This document shows, in pieces, positions 1 to 11,743 of a DNA stretch of 64,000 bases. How positions within the stretch are numbered: position 1 is the stretch's first letter; each line of letters starts with the position of its first letter. This DNA comes from Octopus vulgaris. Taxonomy: Eukaryota. The notes under the pieces were generated by a model, which was given only the letters and a program-made list of their open reading frames with translations, made no database searches and was not told the DNA's origin. A program made the position numbers and the translations under genes. The stretch covers positions 22,754,001 through 22,818,000 of the forward strand of contig OX597835.1 of assembly GCA_951406725.2 (NCBI GenBank). Reading direction: 5' to 3'.

Positions 1-3
1 TAT

Positions 4-419
4 ACTCTTTTACTCTTTTACTTGTTTCAGTCATTTGACTGTAGCCATGCAGGAGCACCGCCTTTAATCGAGCAACTCGACCCCGGGACTTATTCTTTGT
101 AAGCCCAGTACTTATTCTATCGGTCTCTTTTGCCGAACCGCTAAGTGACGGGGACGTAAACACACCAGCATCGGTTGTCAAGCAATGCTAGGGGGACAAA
201 CACACACACACAAACACACACACATACACACATATATATATATATATACATATATACGACAGGCTTCTTTCAGTTTCCGTCTACCAAATCCACTCACAAG
301 GCATTGGTCGGCCCGGGGCTATAGTAGAAGACACTTGCCCAAGATGCCACGCAGTGGGACTGAACCCGGAACCATGTGGTTGGTTAGCAAGCTACTTACC
401 ACACAGCCACTCCTGCACC
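4..419 (-). mobile_element. tRNA-derived CORE-type SINE, family A, full length
   Basis: The minus strand starts GGTGCAGGAGTGGCTGTGTGGTAAG (A box) ... GGGTTCAGTCCC (B box), followed by CORE-like CTTGGGCAAGTGTCTTCTACTATAGCC, an internal TA/TG microsatellite and a (GAGTAAAA)n tail. More than 15 related copies occur in the window. Confidence 0.9.
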
Positions 420-420
420 T

Positions 421-451
421 GTATGTATGTATGTATGTATGTATGTATGTA

Positions 452-487
<36 letters not shown>

Positions 488-735
488 TGGACGTACGTAT
501 GTATGTATGTATGTATGTATGTACGTATGTATGTATATATATATGTATGTATGTACGTACGTATGTACGTATGTATGTATGTATATATGTATGTATGTCA
601 TTATTCAGTTTTATTTCTTGCCTATAAAGAGCCAGTTTCTAACCTAGATCCAAGGGTCCTTCATCGGAATTTCAACATCAAAAGGGTATGTATGTATGTA
701 TGTATGTATGTATGTATGTATGTGTGTGTGTGTGT
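421..735. repeat. (ATGT)n/(TG)n microsatellite with a short unique island at about 600-686
   Basis: Directly visible tetranucleotide repeat. It is the source of the spurious MYVC-repeat ORFs. Confidence 0.95.
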
Positions 736-1010
736 GCTGATTTGTATGTTTTGGCTTATGTATGTGTTCTCATGTATATAGTTGAATGTGTAGACATGCT
801 CTAATATACTTAAATGATAAACTTCTGGAAAGTTTTACAGGTTTTTACAGTTCCAGTGATAGCTTTGATTTGTAGCCTTTAAATCATCTTTCCCCTTGTT
901 TGTTCATTTATTTGTATGTATATATGTTTGTTTGTCTGGTTTTTTTTTGCATGTATGTATGTATATATGTTTGTATGTGTGTTTGTTTGTATGTATGTAT
1001 GTATATATTT

Positions 1011-1172
1011 GGCATAGGCATTGGTGTGTGGTAACAAGTTTGCTTCTCATCCACATGGTTTTGGGTTCAGTCCCACTGCATGGTACCTTGGCCAAATATC
1101 TTTTACTATAGCCTCAGGCAGACCAAAACCTTGTAAGTGGATGTGGTAAGTGGAAACTGAAAGAAGCCCATT
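1011..1172 (+). mobile_element. SINE family A, decayed 5' half
   Basis: Matches the head and CORE region of the copy at 4-419. Confidence 0.8.
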
Positions 1173-1550
1173 GTGTGTGTGCTATATGTCTTTTCATGTG
1201 TGTGTGTGTGTGTGTGTGTGAACTTGTATGTGCACATGTCAGCGTGTGTTTATACATCTAAGTGTGTCTGTGCTGGCATACATATGTGTTTGTGTGTGTG
1301 TGTGTGCACTTGCATGTATGCATAGTGCTTATAATGAGTTAATGGAAAGAACAACCAGAATTTGTTCTGTAATAACTGACTACAGAACTGTATTGTCGTT
1401 TCAACTCACTTGACTGGTTTTAATCTTTTATTCTTTTTAATGAAACACTTTCGCTCGACATTCACCCGTCTTGTCCTTCAGACATTAATATACACAAACA
1501 TATACACATATATAAGCATATATACATATACATCACGCATGCTTGCTGAG

Positions 1551-1590
<40 letters not shown>

Positions 1591-2061
1591 GTATATATGT
1601 ACATAGATGTACACACACATGTATGTATGCATGTATGTATCTAATATACACATACTGTCTATTTTGCTGAGTGGTTGGTGTTAGGAAAGGCATCCAGCCA
1701 TAATAACCCTGTCAAAACAGACACAGTAGCCTGGGGTAGTCTTCTACATAGCCGGCTACTGTCAACCGTCTTATCCAACCCATGTATGCATGGTAGACAA
1801 ACATTAAACAATGATGATGGTATTTATATATATATATATATATATATATCGTTGGTATTTATAAATTGTGAAACACCATCGGTATGCAAATTAGGGACTC
1901 CTTCATAGAGTAACTATTGCATTTGTTAAGTATATAAACAGTTTGGTGGATTGTTTCTCTGGAGGCTGTCAGAATGATGTAGATGCCTCTGATGAAAACA
2001 TATGTTACATATATATTATAAATATTATATATTATACATATAATATATATATACCATTCGC

Positions 2062-2118
<57 letters not shown>

Positions 2119-2186
2119 CATGTGGTATAATTATAAGCAGGGCAAATTTTAGCCATTTCTCCGCAGACTGAAAAAATTGTTCAACA

Positions 2187-2229
2187 ACCTTAATCGATTT
2201 TCAAACCTTATTGAGTTCACATCAGAAGT
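2187..2229 (-). ncRNA. Minimal type I hammerhead ribozyme-like motif
   Basis: Minus strand: ACUU CUGAUGU GAACU caauaa GGUUU GAAA AUCGAU UA AGGU. Stems I and II pair, stem III is palindromic, and U replaces A at position 9. Confidence 0.55.
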
Positions 2230-2284
2230 ACAGAAGTGTCTACATCATTCTCACAGCCTCCAAAGAAACAACAGCCAAACTACG

Positions 2285-2334
<50 letters not shown>

Positions 2335-2364
2335 AATATAAATAAGAGATAAAACCACTATTTA

Positions 2365-2435
<71 letters not shown>

Positions 2436-2527
2436 AACTCAGTGGCTACTACTAACTTCAGGCCTCAACAGACAGAGAAGATGCTCTTGAAGCCGAGATT
2501 TTGAATTTACAGAGATAATATTTGCAT

Positions 2528-2633
2528 ATCACCTGAGGAAACACAACTAGATATCATAATGCAGAGAAACGTTTGCATAATCAAGTACCTGCATGCCTGA
2601 AGAACTACTTTGCATAGAAACAATGGTAGTGAT
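2528..2633 (+). ncRNA. Candidate double hammerhead-like motif
   Basis: Two CUGANGA boxes (2533, 2597) and two GAAAC boxes (2566, 2617), with AUCAC/GUGAU and GCAU/AUGC complementarity. Stem II pairing is poor. Confidence 0.35.
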
Positions 2634-2774
2634 TGAAATTAAATATCCAATCATACTCCTTCTCTAGAAGGTTATTGACATTTGGGAAAAGCTCGGTCAC
2701 TTGCACGTTAATTTAATGAGCAAGGATTAACTGGAACACATGTCATCATGATCGATGGAGTGCTAGTTTATATA

Positions 2775-2986
2775 CAGGGTGGCCCAAAAGTAGTTTTACA
2801 GTTATTTAACTGTCTTGTTTGCATCCATATATTAACAGTTTAGATATTAATTATGATAAAATATGAAACCAATATTCTATGCTAATTTAGTTAATTGTAA
2901 GATAAAGGTTTAAATGTAATAAAATATTCTAAAAAAAATTTAAAGTGCTTATGTAATAACTGTAAACCTACTTTTGGGCCACCCTT
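2775..2986. mobile_element. Tc1/mariner-type MITE
   Basis: About 32-bp TIRs (CAGGGTGGCCCAAAAGTAG...ACAGTTATT), flanked by TA on both sides. Confidence 0.85.
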
Positions 2987-3092
2987 TATATATAAGTATA
3001 ATTCAGGATAAACTCACGTTAATGATTATATCGAGAGGCCAGCATGAAATAAAATCTTGTAGGTAATTTAAATACTAAATTAACAATTATAT

Positions 3093-3689
3093 ATCATCAT
3101 CATCATCATCGTTTAACGTCTGCTTTCCATGCTAGTATGGGTTGGACGATTTGACTGAGGACTGGCGAACCAGATGGCTGCACCAGACTCCAATCTGATC
3201 CGGCAGAGTTTCTACAGCTGGGTGCCCTTCCTAGTGCCAACCACTCCGAGAGTGTAGTGGGTGCCTTTACGTGCCACTGGCACAAAGGCCAGTCAGGCGG
3301 TACTGGCAACAGCCATGCTCAAATGGTGTTTTTTATGTGCCACCTACACAGGAGCCAGCCCAGCGGCACTGGCAACAACCTTGCTCGAATGTTTTTTTCA
3401 CATTCCACCAGCACAAGTGCCAGTAAGGCAACGCAGGTAACCATCACGCTCGAATGGTGCTTTTTATGTGCCACTGGCACGGAAGCCAGTCACCTGCTCT
3501 GGCAACGATCATGCTCAGATGGTGCTCTTAGCGCTCCACTAGCATGGATGCCAGTCATTGAATTTGATTTTGATTTCAATTTCACTTGCTTCAACAGGTC
3601 TTCACAAGCAGAGTTTAGTGTCCAAAGAAGGAAAGGTATGCATAAGTGGGCTGGTTACACCCTTGGCACAGGCCACGAAGTTATGGTCT
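3093..3689 (-). mobile_element. RTE LINE 3'-UTR copy (family B)
   Basis: Colinear with the 3' UTR of the RTE at 17827-18306, with a (GAT)n tail and tandem GTGCCACNGGCAC units. Confidence 0.85.
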
Positions 3690-3844
3690 ATAGAATTATA
3701 TTAAAGGGATCAGGAAAGAATCCTCTTTAACATGCGGAAAGAAGATACCAAAGGCGTTAAAAAGCCACTGTGTAACTCCAACAAAACACAGGTTGTAAGC
3801 AAGCAAATGAAAAATACTAAATACTTTTTATATATAAGTATAAT

Positions 3845-4065
3845 AAATATCGAAGGAAATAGAGAAATCCAATTGACATGTTATAAATTTATTAATATTA
3901 TGATATAATATAATTATACTATAAAAAGATATAATATATAGCTACTTTAATTATTTGTAATTATATTATATTATATTATATTATATTATATCCTTTTGTA
4001 TTATATTATAATGTTAATAAATTTATGATTTGTCAATTGCGTTTCTCTATTTCCTTTAATATCTA
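3845..4065. repeat. Imperfect AT-rich inverted repeat (about 90-bp arms)
   Basis: AAGGAAATAGAGAAA.CAATTGACA...ATAAATTTATTAA is mirrored by TTAATAAATTTAT...TGTCAATTG.TTTCTCTATTTCCTT. Confidence 0.7.
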
Positions 4066-4204
4066 TATATATTGAAATTATATCATTTTAAGTTCTGATT
4101 TCTTCTCTACTATGCTGTGATATTTAACTGAAGAAGCAGTGAAAATTGGATGTTTTCCATCCCTTTGAAGGAAATTGTTTTTTTCCTAGGATTGAATTAT
4201 AAGT

Positions 4205-4482
4205 TACGGAAATGTACTTGCATAGCAAGTAACCTGATCTGAGATTGTGCGCTGAAATGAAAACAATTGCGGTGTGGAAGGTGTTTATAAGCCATTTAAA
4301 AACACACAAAAACCGTTAGATTCACTTCAACATTTAAATTTGCAGCACGGAATTTTTTCAGTGAACAAGCCATGGTCTGAGAGCGACGAAAATATTTTGC
4401 TAAATTTAATTTAAATTTTGAAGTGAATCTAATGATTTTTGTGTTTTTAAATGGCTTATAAATATCTTCCACGCTACAGTTG
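4205..4482. mobile_element. Tail plus inverted-repeat island (Penelope-like terminus) with a degenerate hammerhead motif in the spacer
   Basis: IR arms 4264-4341 and 4402-4482, with about 60 bp of unpaired tail. The flanking direct repeat TTGAATTATAAGT is at 4192-4204 and 4480-4492. The spacer reads GTGAACA...GCGACGAAAATATTTTG. Confidence 0.6.
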
Positions 4483-4526
4483 AATTATAAGTATAATATA
4501 TATACAACATATGTATAATATATATA

Positions 4527-4895
4527 CACTTTTAACTGGAGCCATGCTGGAGCACCGCCTTTAGTCGAACGAATCGACCCCCAGGACTTATTCTTTGTAA
4601 CCCTACTACTTATTCTATTGGTCTCTTTTGCCGAACTGCTAGGTTATGGAGACATAAACACACCAGCATCGGTTGCCAAGCGATGGTGGGGGGACAAACA
4701 CTGGCACACAAACATAAATATATATATATATACGATGGGCTTCTTTCAGTTTCTGTCTACCAAATCCACTCACAAGGCTTTGGTCAGCCTGAGGCTATAG
4801 TAGAAGACACTTGCCCAAGGTACCATGCAATGGGATTGAGCCTGAAACCATGTGGTTGGGAAGCAAGCTTGTTACCACACAGCCACGCCTGTGCC
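4527..4895 (-). mobile_element. SINE family A
   Basis: Colinear with 4-419 and more diverged. Confidence 0.85.
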
Positions 4896-4948
4896 TACAT
4901 ATAATCATCGATGATGATAATATGTATGTATAATATATATTTTTGTGT

Positions 4949-5392
4949 GGAGGTACATGGCCTAGTGGTTAGAGCAGTGGACTCACAGTCAAGGGATTGC
5001 GGGTTCGAATCTCAGACCAGGCGATGTGTGTGTTTATGAGCGAAACACCTAGCTCCACGCGGCTCTGGCAGGAGGTAATGGCAAACTTCTGCTGACTCTT
5101 TCGCCACAACTTTCTCTCACTCTTTCCTCCTGCATCTAGCAGCTCACCCGAGACATACCAGTATCCCCGTCCAGGTGGGGAATTTATATGCCAATAAAAC
5201 CAGGAAACTGGCCCTTATGAGCCAGGCATGGCTCAAGAAGGAACAAACAACATCATTGGTGACATGAAGAGGGGGAGGCCAGTGTGTATGGGCGACTACT
5301 GGTTTTCCATAAACAATCTTGCCTGGACTTGTGCCTTAGAGGGTAACTTTCTAGGTGCAATCCCATGGTCAGTCATGACCGAAAGGGGTCTC
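4949..5392 (+). mobile_element. tRNA-derived SINE family D head with an alternative tail
   Basis: TGGCCTAGTGGTTAG A box and GGTTCGAATC B box. The first about 180 bp match 54681-54865, after which the sequences diverge. Confidence 0.8.
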
Positions 5393-6220
5393 AGCATACA
5401 CACACACATATATACACATACACAAATCTGTATGTGCATTCGTAGATTAAATACACACACACTACATATGTGTATACATTATATTTAGATATTGCAAAGC
5501 TTCCTTGTGGGTTAATAAAGAATGGAAACACATTCCTGTCTACACAACTAGTGAGCAGAAAATAGAAGCAAAGAGTTGCAGAAAATAGAAGCAAAGAGTT
5601 TCTTGATAGACCATTTCGAGGTCTGTTGACCACTCCTCAGAGAAGATGTTACTAGTTTTCTTTCCTCCATTGGGAACATAAATCAGCTGTTTATTTCAAT
5701 GCTATTAATTGAACAATGATACCAGATAAATCTCTGATGCACAGTCAACATGCAGTGAAATGGTCCATCAGGAAACTCCTTTTTTTTCTACACATCAATA
5801 GTATAAAAAGTGAGGTTTGTCGTGTTTGAGTTTATTTCAGTTCTGATTAATGCTGTGTTGTTTATAAATAGACTTATAACATATATTTGCGTAAAAGTAG
5901 ATATTTTTAAGAGCGATATACTGTAAAGGTAGGTATTTTAAGAGCGAAGTGACTGCTGCTGAGATGTCGACAACACCCAACCACTCACCCACCAACGTAT
6001 TCAATTACCTCCCCGTCCCACAGAACAATTGTTTCCCCTGCATCCTCCTCGGTGCAGTCATCAACCCTACCCATCTCTTTACTGTACCTACTCACCCATC
6101 TCTTCATCCGTTGAGTGGTTGTGAAGCTGTGATACTGTGAATGTGTATGTGTAGAGGAGGGGGGGGGAGAAGAGAAGCAGCAGTGACATTGATAACAAGC
6201 ATGGATTAATTGCTTACTAC

Positions 6221-6369
<149 letters not shown>

Positions 6370-6629
6370 CACATATATACATGCTGTATTTTATAGTGTA
6401 AAAAGACACACAGGTGTGTCAGATGCCCTCCAGTTTCAATGGCGCGTGTTCACAAAAACCTGTCAAAAACAAAATTAGTTTATGGAAGGCCCAATTTCAC
6501 ACAAAGGACCCATGGGTGGGGGTTGCTTTGAAGGAATTTTTTTGGAAAGAAAGTTGATCTTATATACCTTCAAATACAATATCTGTATGCACATACATAC
6601 ATATGTACACGTATGCATGTATAAATACA

Positions 6630-6666
<37 letters not shown>

Positions 6667-6803
6667 ACACACATGTATATACATACTTATAGATGTAGAT
6701 ATATATACATATATATATATGTGTGTGTGTAAGTATATGCATATATATATTATAAATATTGCATACATGTGTTTGTGCATGAGTGCTTACATATATATAT
6801 ATT

Positions 6804-6913
<110 letters not shown>

Positions 6914-7087
6914 AATTGAGATAGGGGTTATGTACACTGATTTGTTCTGCTTTTTATATCTAACCCTACAGTCTCTTATGTGGTGGTTTAATAAAGTATG
7001 TGATTGAGTATTTTCTGGTAATTGATATTTGATTTAGATGTATTTCTCCATTTTCTTATCTTGTATATATATATATATATATATATA

Positions 7088-7263
7088 CTTTATTTAAAGC
7101 AGCAGAAAATTCAACAAAACCTGTTACGCTGAGTTTCCCGTTGTTACTCCGAGTAACAGGTTTTGTTGAATTTTCTGCTGCTTTAAATAAAGCATATTAC
7201 TCTACCACTGGTATTTGAGTACTCTTTTTTCTTCCTTGTTTCACATTTATGTGTTTACTCTGG
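7088..7263. mobile_element. Inverted repeat plus tail island in (TA)n (Penelope-like terminus)
   Basis: Perfect 40-bp IR (7088-7127 / 7153-7192) followed by a tail of about 70 bp, flanked by (TA)n. The minus strand reads GAAACTCAGCGTAACAG, resembling a hammerhead 3' half only. Confidence 0.6.
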
Positions 7264-8078
7264 TATATATATATAATGTTTATTTTTTTTTATTTTTAAT
7301 CATCATATATTTAGCCATGCTGGAGTATCTATGCATATACACCATTCTCCAGTATATTCTTCTGTGTTTTAACCACACACACACACACGCATGTACACTC
7401 ACACACACACATATCTGAATGAGTGTGTGTACATACACACACACACGTACACATGAGCGTATGTACACACATGCACACCAATTACACACGAGCACATACA
7501 CACCCACACAAACTGCACACAGGTATTTGCACACACACACACCCACACATGCACACACACACACACAGATATATATTCTTGTTCATTCATAAAAATATAT
7601 TCTATTATTCTTTCAATGGCTTTCAGTCACGGGACTGTTGCTATATCTGGGTATCATGCTCAAGGCTTTTAGTCGGTCATACTAACCCAAGTACATATAT
7701 TAAAGATCTCTGTTTATTGATTGACCTAGTGGTTAGGTTGTAGCATTCAGTCATGAGATTATGGGTTCGATTCCCTGACCGGTTGGTTGGCATGTTTTGA
7801 GGAAAACACTTCATTGCTCTAGTGCTGAGTGCTGACTGACATGTCAAAGAATAGATCTGTTTCCATTGCAGGTCGTTAAAGGTGACTAAAAGAGTTTCAG
7901 GTAGAATTTACACTATGACCTTGTAAAACCCTCCCCAGCAAGGACTACCCAAACAGACTCATGTATTGGGGGGGGGGGTCGTTGCTTGAGTAGTGCAGGG
8001 GCTTCGTTTGCCAGGAGTAGTAGGGAACCACTGACAAAGGGTGGATGCAGCAATGCACTGTTACAGCCCCTTCCCCCA

Positions 8079-8116
<38 letters not shown>

Positions 8117-8269
8117 TTATTACTACTACTACTACTACTTCTAAGTTGTCTTCTGATGTAAAGGGATGCTACTTGAAACACCAGTCTACACACATAAACA
8201 CACACACACTCAGATACAGACACACACAGGCACAGACACACACATACATGCACACACACACACACACTG

Positions 8270-8790
8270 CTGGCATCAGGTCAATAGTACCTGTGCCGGT
8301 GGCACATAAAAGGTACCCACTACACCCTTGGAGTGGTTGGTGTTAGGAAGAGCATCCAGTCATTAGAAACCTTGCCAAATCAGATCAGAATCTAGTGCAG
8401 CTCCCCGGTTTAGCAGCTTTCAGTCAAGCCGTCCAACCCATGCCAGCATGGAAAACAGACGTTAAATGATGATGATGATGATGATGATGATGATGGTGAT
8501 GGTGATGGTGATGGTGATGATGATGATGATCGTAAGGTCATGAGTTTGATTCCTGGTGGAATATTGTGTCCTTGAGCAAGACACTTTATTTCACGTTGCC
8601 CCAATCCACTCAGCTGTAGAAATGAGTTTTACCCTGTATTTCAAAAGGGCCAGCCTTGTCACATTCTGTGTCACGCTGAGTCTCCCTGAGAACTACATTA
8701 AGTGACACATGCCTGTGGAGTGCTCAGCCACTTGCCCATTAATTTCATGAGCAGGATGTTCCTTTGATCGGACCGACTGGAACCCTTGTC
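8270..8790 (+). mobile_element. RTE 3' end (family B) followed by a partial SINE with the family D tail
   Basis: TTAGGAAG.GCATCCAG...GACGTTAAATGATGAT, then a SINE body matching 54880-55040. Confidence 0.75.
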
Positions 8791-9139
8791 ATGCTCTGGA
8801 TGCTCCGATTGTGAGTACATATACACCTGAAATAATTAAGAAAAATAAATCCCACCTGGCAGTGCTTTATGTAGATATATATTGATTGTTTGACACCTGT
8901 CGACTGAAAAGCTTATTACTCATTCTAAAAACTGGTACTCCATCAGTTACAATGATTTAGAGTTCCAGCTGATCCAATCAACAGAATGGCCTGCTCATGG
9001 AAATAACATTTAAGTGGCTGAGTATTCCACAGTCATGCATATCCTTATCATAGTTCTCTGGCAGATTCAGTGTGACACAGAATCTGACAAGGCTGGCTCT
9101 TTGAAATACATGTGTGTGTGTGTGTGTGTATTTATAATA

Positions 9140-10135
9140 GGCGCAGGAGTTGCTCTGTGGTAAGAAGCCTGTTTCCCAACCACATGGTTCCGGGTTCTGT
9201 CCCACTGTGTGGAAACTTGGGCAAGTGTCTTCTACTATAGCCTCAGGCCGACCAAAGCCTTGTGAGTGGATTTAGTAGACGAAGACTGAAAGAAGCCTGT
9301 CATATATATCCAATTGTGGCCATTGCCAGCCTCGCTTGGCCTCCGTGCCGGTGGCACGTAAAAAGCACCATCCGATCGTAGCTGTTTGCCAACCTCGTCT
9401 GGCATCTGTGCCGGTGGCACGTAAAATCACCCACTACACTCTCGGAGTGGTTGGCATTAGGAAGGGCATCCAGCCGTAGAAACATTGCCAGATCAGACTG
9501 GGCCTGGTGCAGCCTTCTGGCTTCCCAGACCCCAGTTGCACCGTCCAACCCATGCCAGCATGGAAAGCGGACGCTAAACGATGAACGAACAAATAAAGGA
9601 ATACGGAAAGTGGGATAAGAACACAAAACATCCAGACAGTTAGATGATACAAAAAAAGGGACAAGAAAAAACACGGACGAGTCATTTGCAGTTTTCTTTC
9701 CTCAGTCAAGTTCCAGATTATCTTTGCAATTTTGGCTGGTTTTACTCGAGATTGCTCCAATCTGGCCAGCCCCCAGGAAAAAACTAAGCTAAGACCACTA
9801 GATTCCCTGGAAGAAAGCAGCAAATGTATACGAAAACAAGGATGGAAAAAAAAACCGGAGAATTGATTCACAAATACGAATGCAAATAACAGGACATAAC
9901 AATAGGTGTCTTTTGAATATGTGTGTGTGTGTGTGTGTGTTTGTTTCCCCACCATCGCTTGACAACCAATGTTGATGTGCTTATGCCCCCATTACTTAGC
10001 GGTTCAGCAAAAGTGACCGATAGAATAAGTACTAGGCTTACAAAGAATAAGTCCTGGGCTCGTTTTGTTTGACTGAATGTAGTGCTCCAGCATGGCCACA
10101 TTCAAATAACTGAAACCAATAAAAGAACAAAAGAA
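9140..10135 (+). mobile_element. SINE family A split by nested insertions (RTE 3' UTR 9316-9585; dispersed repeat 9590-9917)
   Basis: The SINE 5' half (9140-9301) and 3' half (9935-10135) flank two other repeats. The 9590-9917 repeat is the reverse complement of 54270-54600. Confidence 0.8.
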
Positions 10136-10569
10136 TATCTCACCCTGACACACTTTCAGTTACAACAACAAGTGTTCCAGATGATGAAAATCAATGGAAT
10201 AAGCCTGCTCGTTAAATTAATGTGCAAGTAGATGAACACTCGACAGGTACATCTACTCTTAACGTAATTCTCAGGGAGAACATAAAGGTGGAAGAAATGC
10301 TGCTAAGCATCGTGCTCGGCTTACGACCAATTCTGCCAGTTCTCTGCCTTAATTATAATAATAATAACAACAACCATCATCATCGTCATCATCTTATTTT
10401 GAGATGCAAATGACTTTAATAGTTTGCAATACTAACTTCAGGAAACCAACCAGCCACCTGATCCTCTACTGTTAATTAGACAATAGGTAGAATTTATGGT
10501 CACCAGGAAACAGGATGGACAAATGTGAATGCTAAGTAATGGCTAGTAATTAGTGACATGAGAATAAGA

Positions 10570-10971
10570 CTCTCTTTTACTCTTTTACTCTTTTACTTGT
10601 TTCAGTCATTTGACTGCGGCCATGCTGGAGCACCGCCTTTAATCGAGCAACTCGACTCCGGGACTTATTCTTTGTAAGCCCAGTACTTATTCTATCGGTC
10701 TCTTTTGCCGAACCGCTAAGTGACGGGGACAAAAAACACATCAGCATCGGTTGTCAAGCAATGCTAGGGGGACAAACACAAACATACACGCACACATATA
10801 TATACATATATACGACGGGCTTCTTTCAGTTTCCGTCTACCAAATCCACTCACAAGGCTTTGGTCGGCCCGAGGCTATAGTAGAAGACACTTGCCCAAGG
10901 TGCCACGCAGTGGGACCGAACCCGGAACCATGTGGTTGGTAAACAAGCTACTTACCACACAGCCACTACTG
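10570..10971 (-). mobile_element. SINE family A, full length
   Basis: Near-identical to 4-419. Confidence 0.9.
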
Positions 10972-11704
10972 GGTGGTTTTTTTTGTATTTTTTTTTTTGT
11001 AGTACCAGTGTTTGTGAGGTTGCCTTGTAATTTGTGAGACTAAAGAAGTCCCACTTCGGAGAGGAAGAATATGAGAAAGAATGGTGGCTTTAGGTTGGGT
11101 GTTGAGAATTGGAAGCATGATGAAAGGAGCCTATTGTATAATTCCATGAAATAGCATCACAAGATATATTACATAATCTCAGACCGAAGACTCCTGCACA
11201 TTCGCTGTCAAGACACCAAACCTAATAGGATTGTGTTTTTCACATTTAAAATAATATATATTATACAACAATATGATATAAACCTTCAAACTTACAGAAC
11301 AATTAATTTCAATTTATCAATACTAATCAATAATTGTTTTAGGAATAATAAAGGAAATAGCAAATTAATTTAAAAAATGGACAGAGAGAGATAAAGAGGT
11401 AGACTAATAGATAGCTAGTAGAATGAGAGAGAGAAAGAGGGAGAAGGATGGGGGGATAAGAAAGCCTGTATAAAATACACAGCAGTAATTATAGAGTTAT
11501 TGATGTTTTCTGTGTCTTTATTGTTCCTACATTTCCCAAGTGGACATCCAGCACTTAATAGAAACAGTGTTTCACGTAGAGCAGTGTGTTTCACAGACGA
11601 ATGCTGTGGTAACAAGGGAGGGAAAATAACAGAGTGCACAGCAAGTGTTGCTTGTAATCAAAGACTATTTTCTCTCTATCCCCTTTCCCTCTCCACACAC
11701 ACAC

Positions 11705-11740
<36 letters not shown>

Positions 11741-11743
<3 letters not shown>

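Noticed and set aside
185-781. 198-aa ORF and similar ORFs (14891, 24718, 63261)
   Set aside because: Antisense read-through of SINE A plus microsatellite, with no protein-like content.
4949-5025. tRNA-like sequences here, at 54681 and at the SINE A heads
   Set aside because: A/B boxes are present but there is no closed acceptor stem, and they continue into SINE bodies. These are SINE heads, not tRNA genes.
8145-8192. CTGATGT...GAAACACCAGTC hammerhead-like spacing
   Set aside because: Non-canonical position 9, weak stem II and no stem I pairing.
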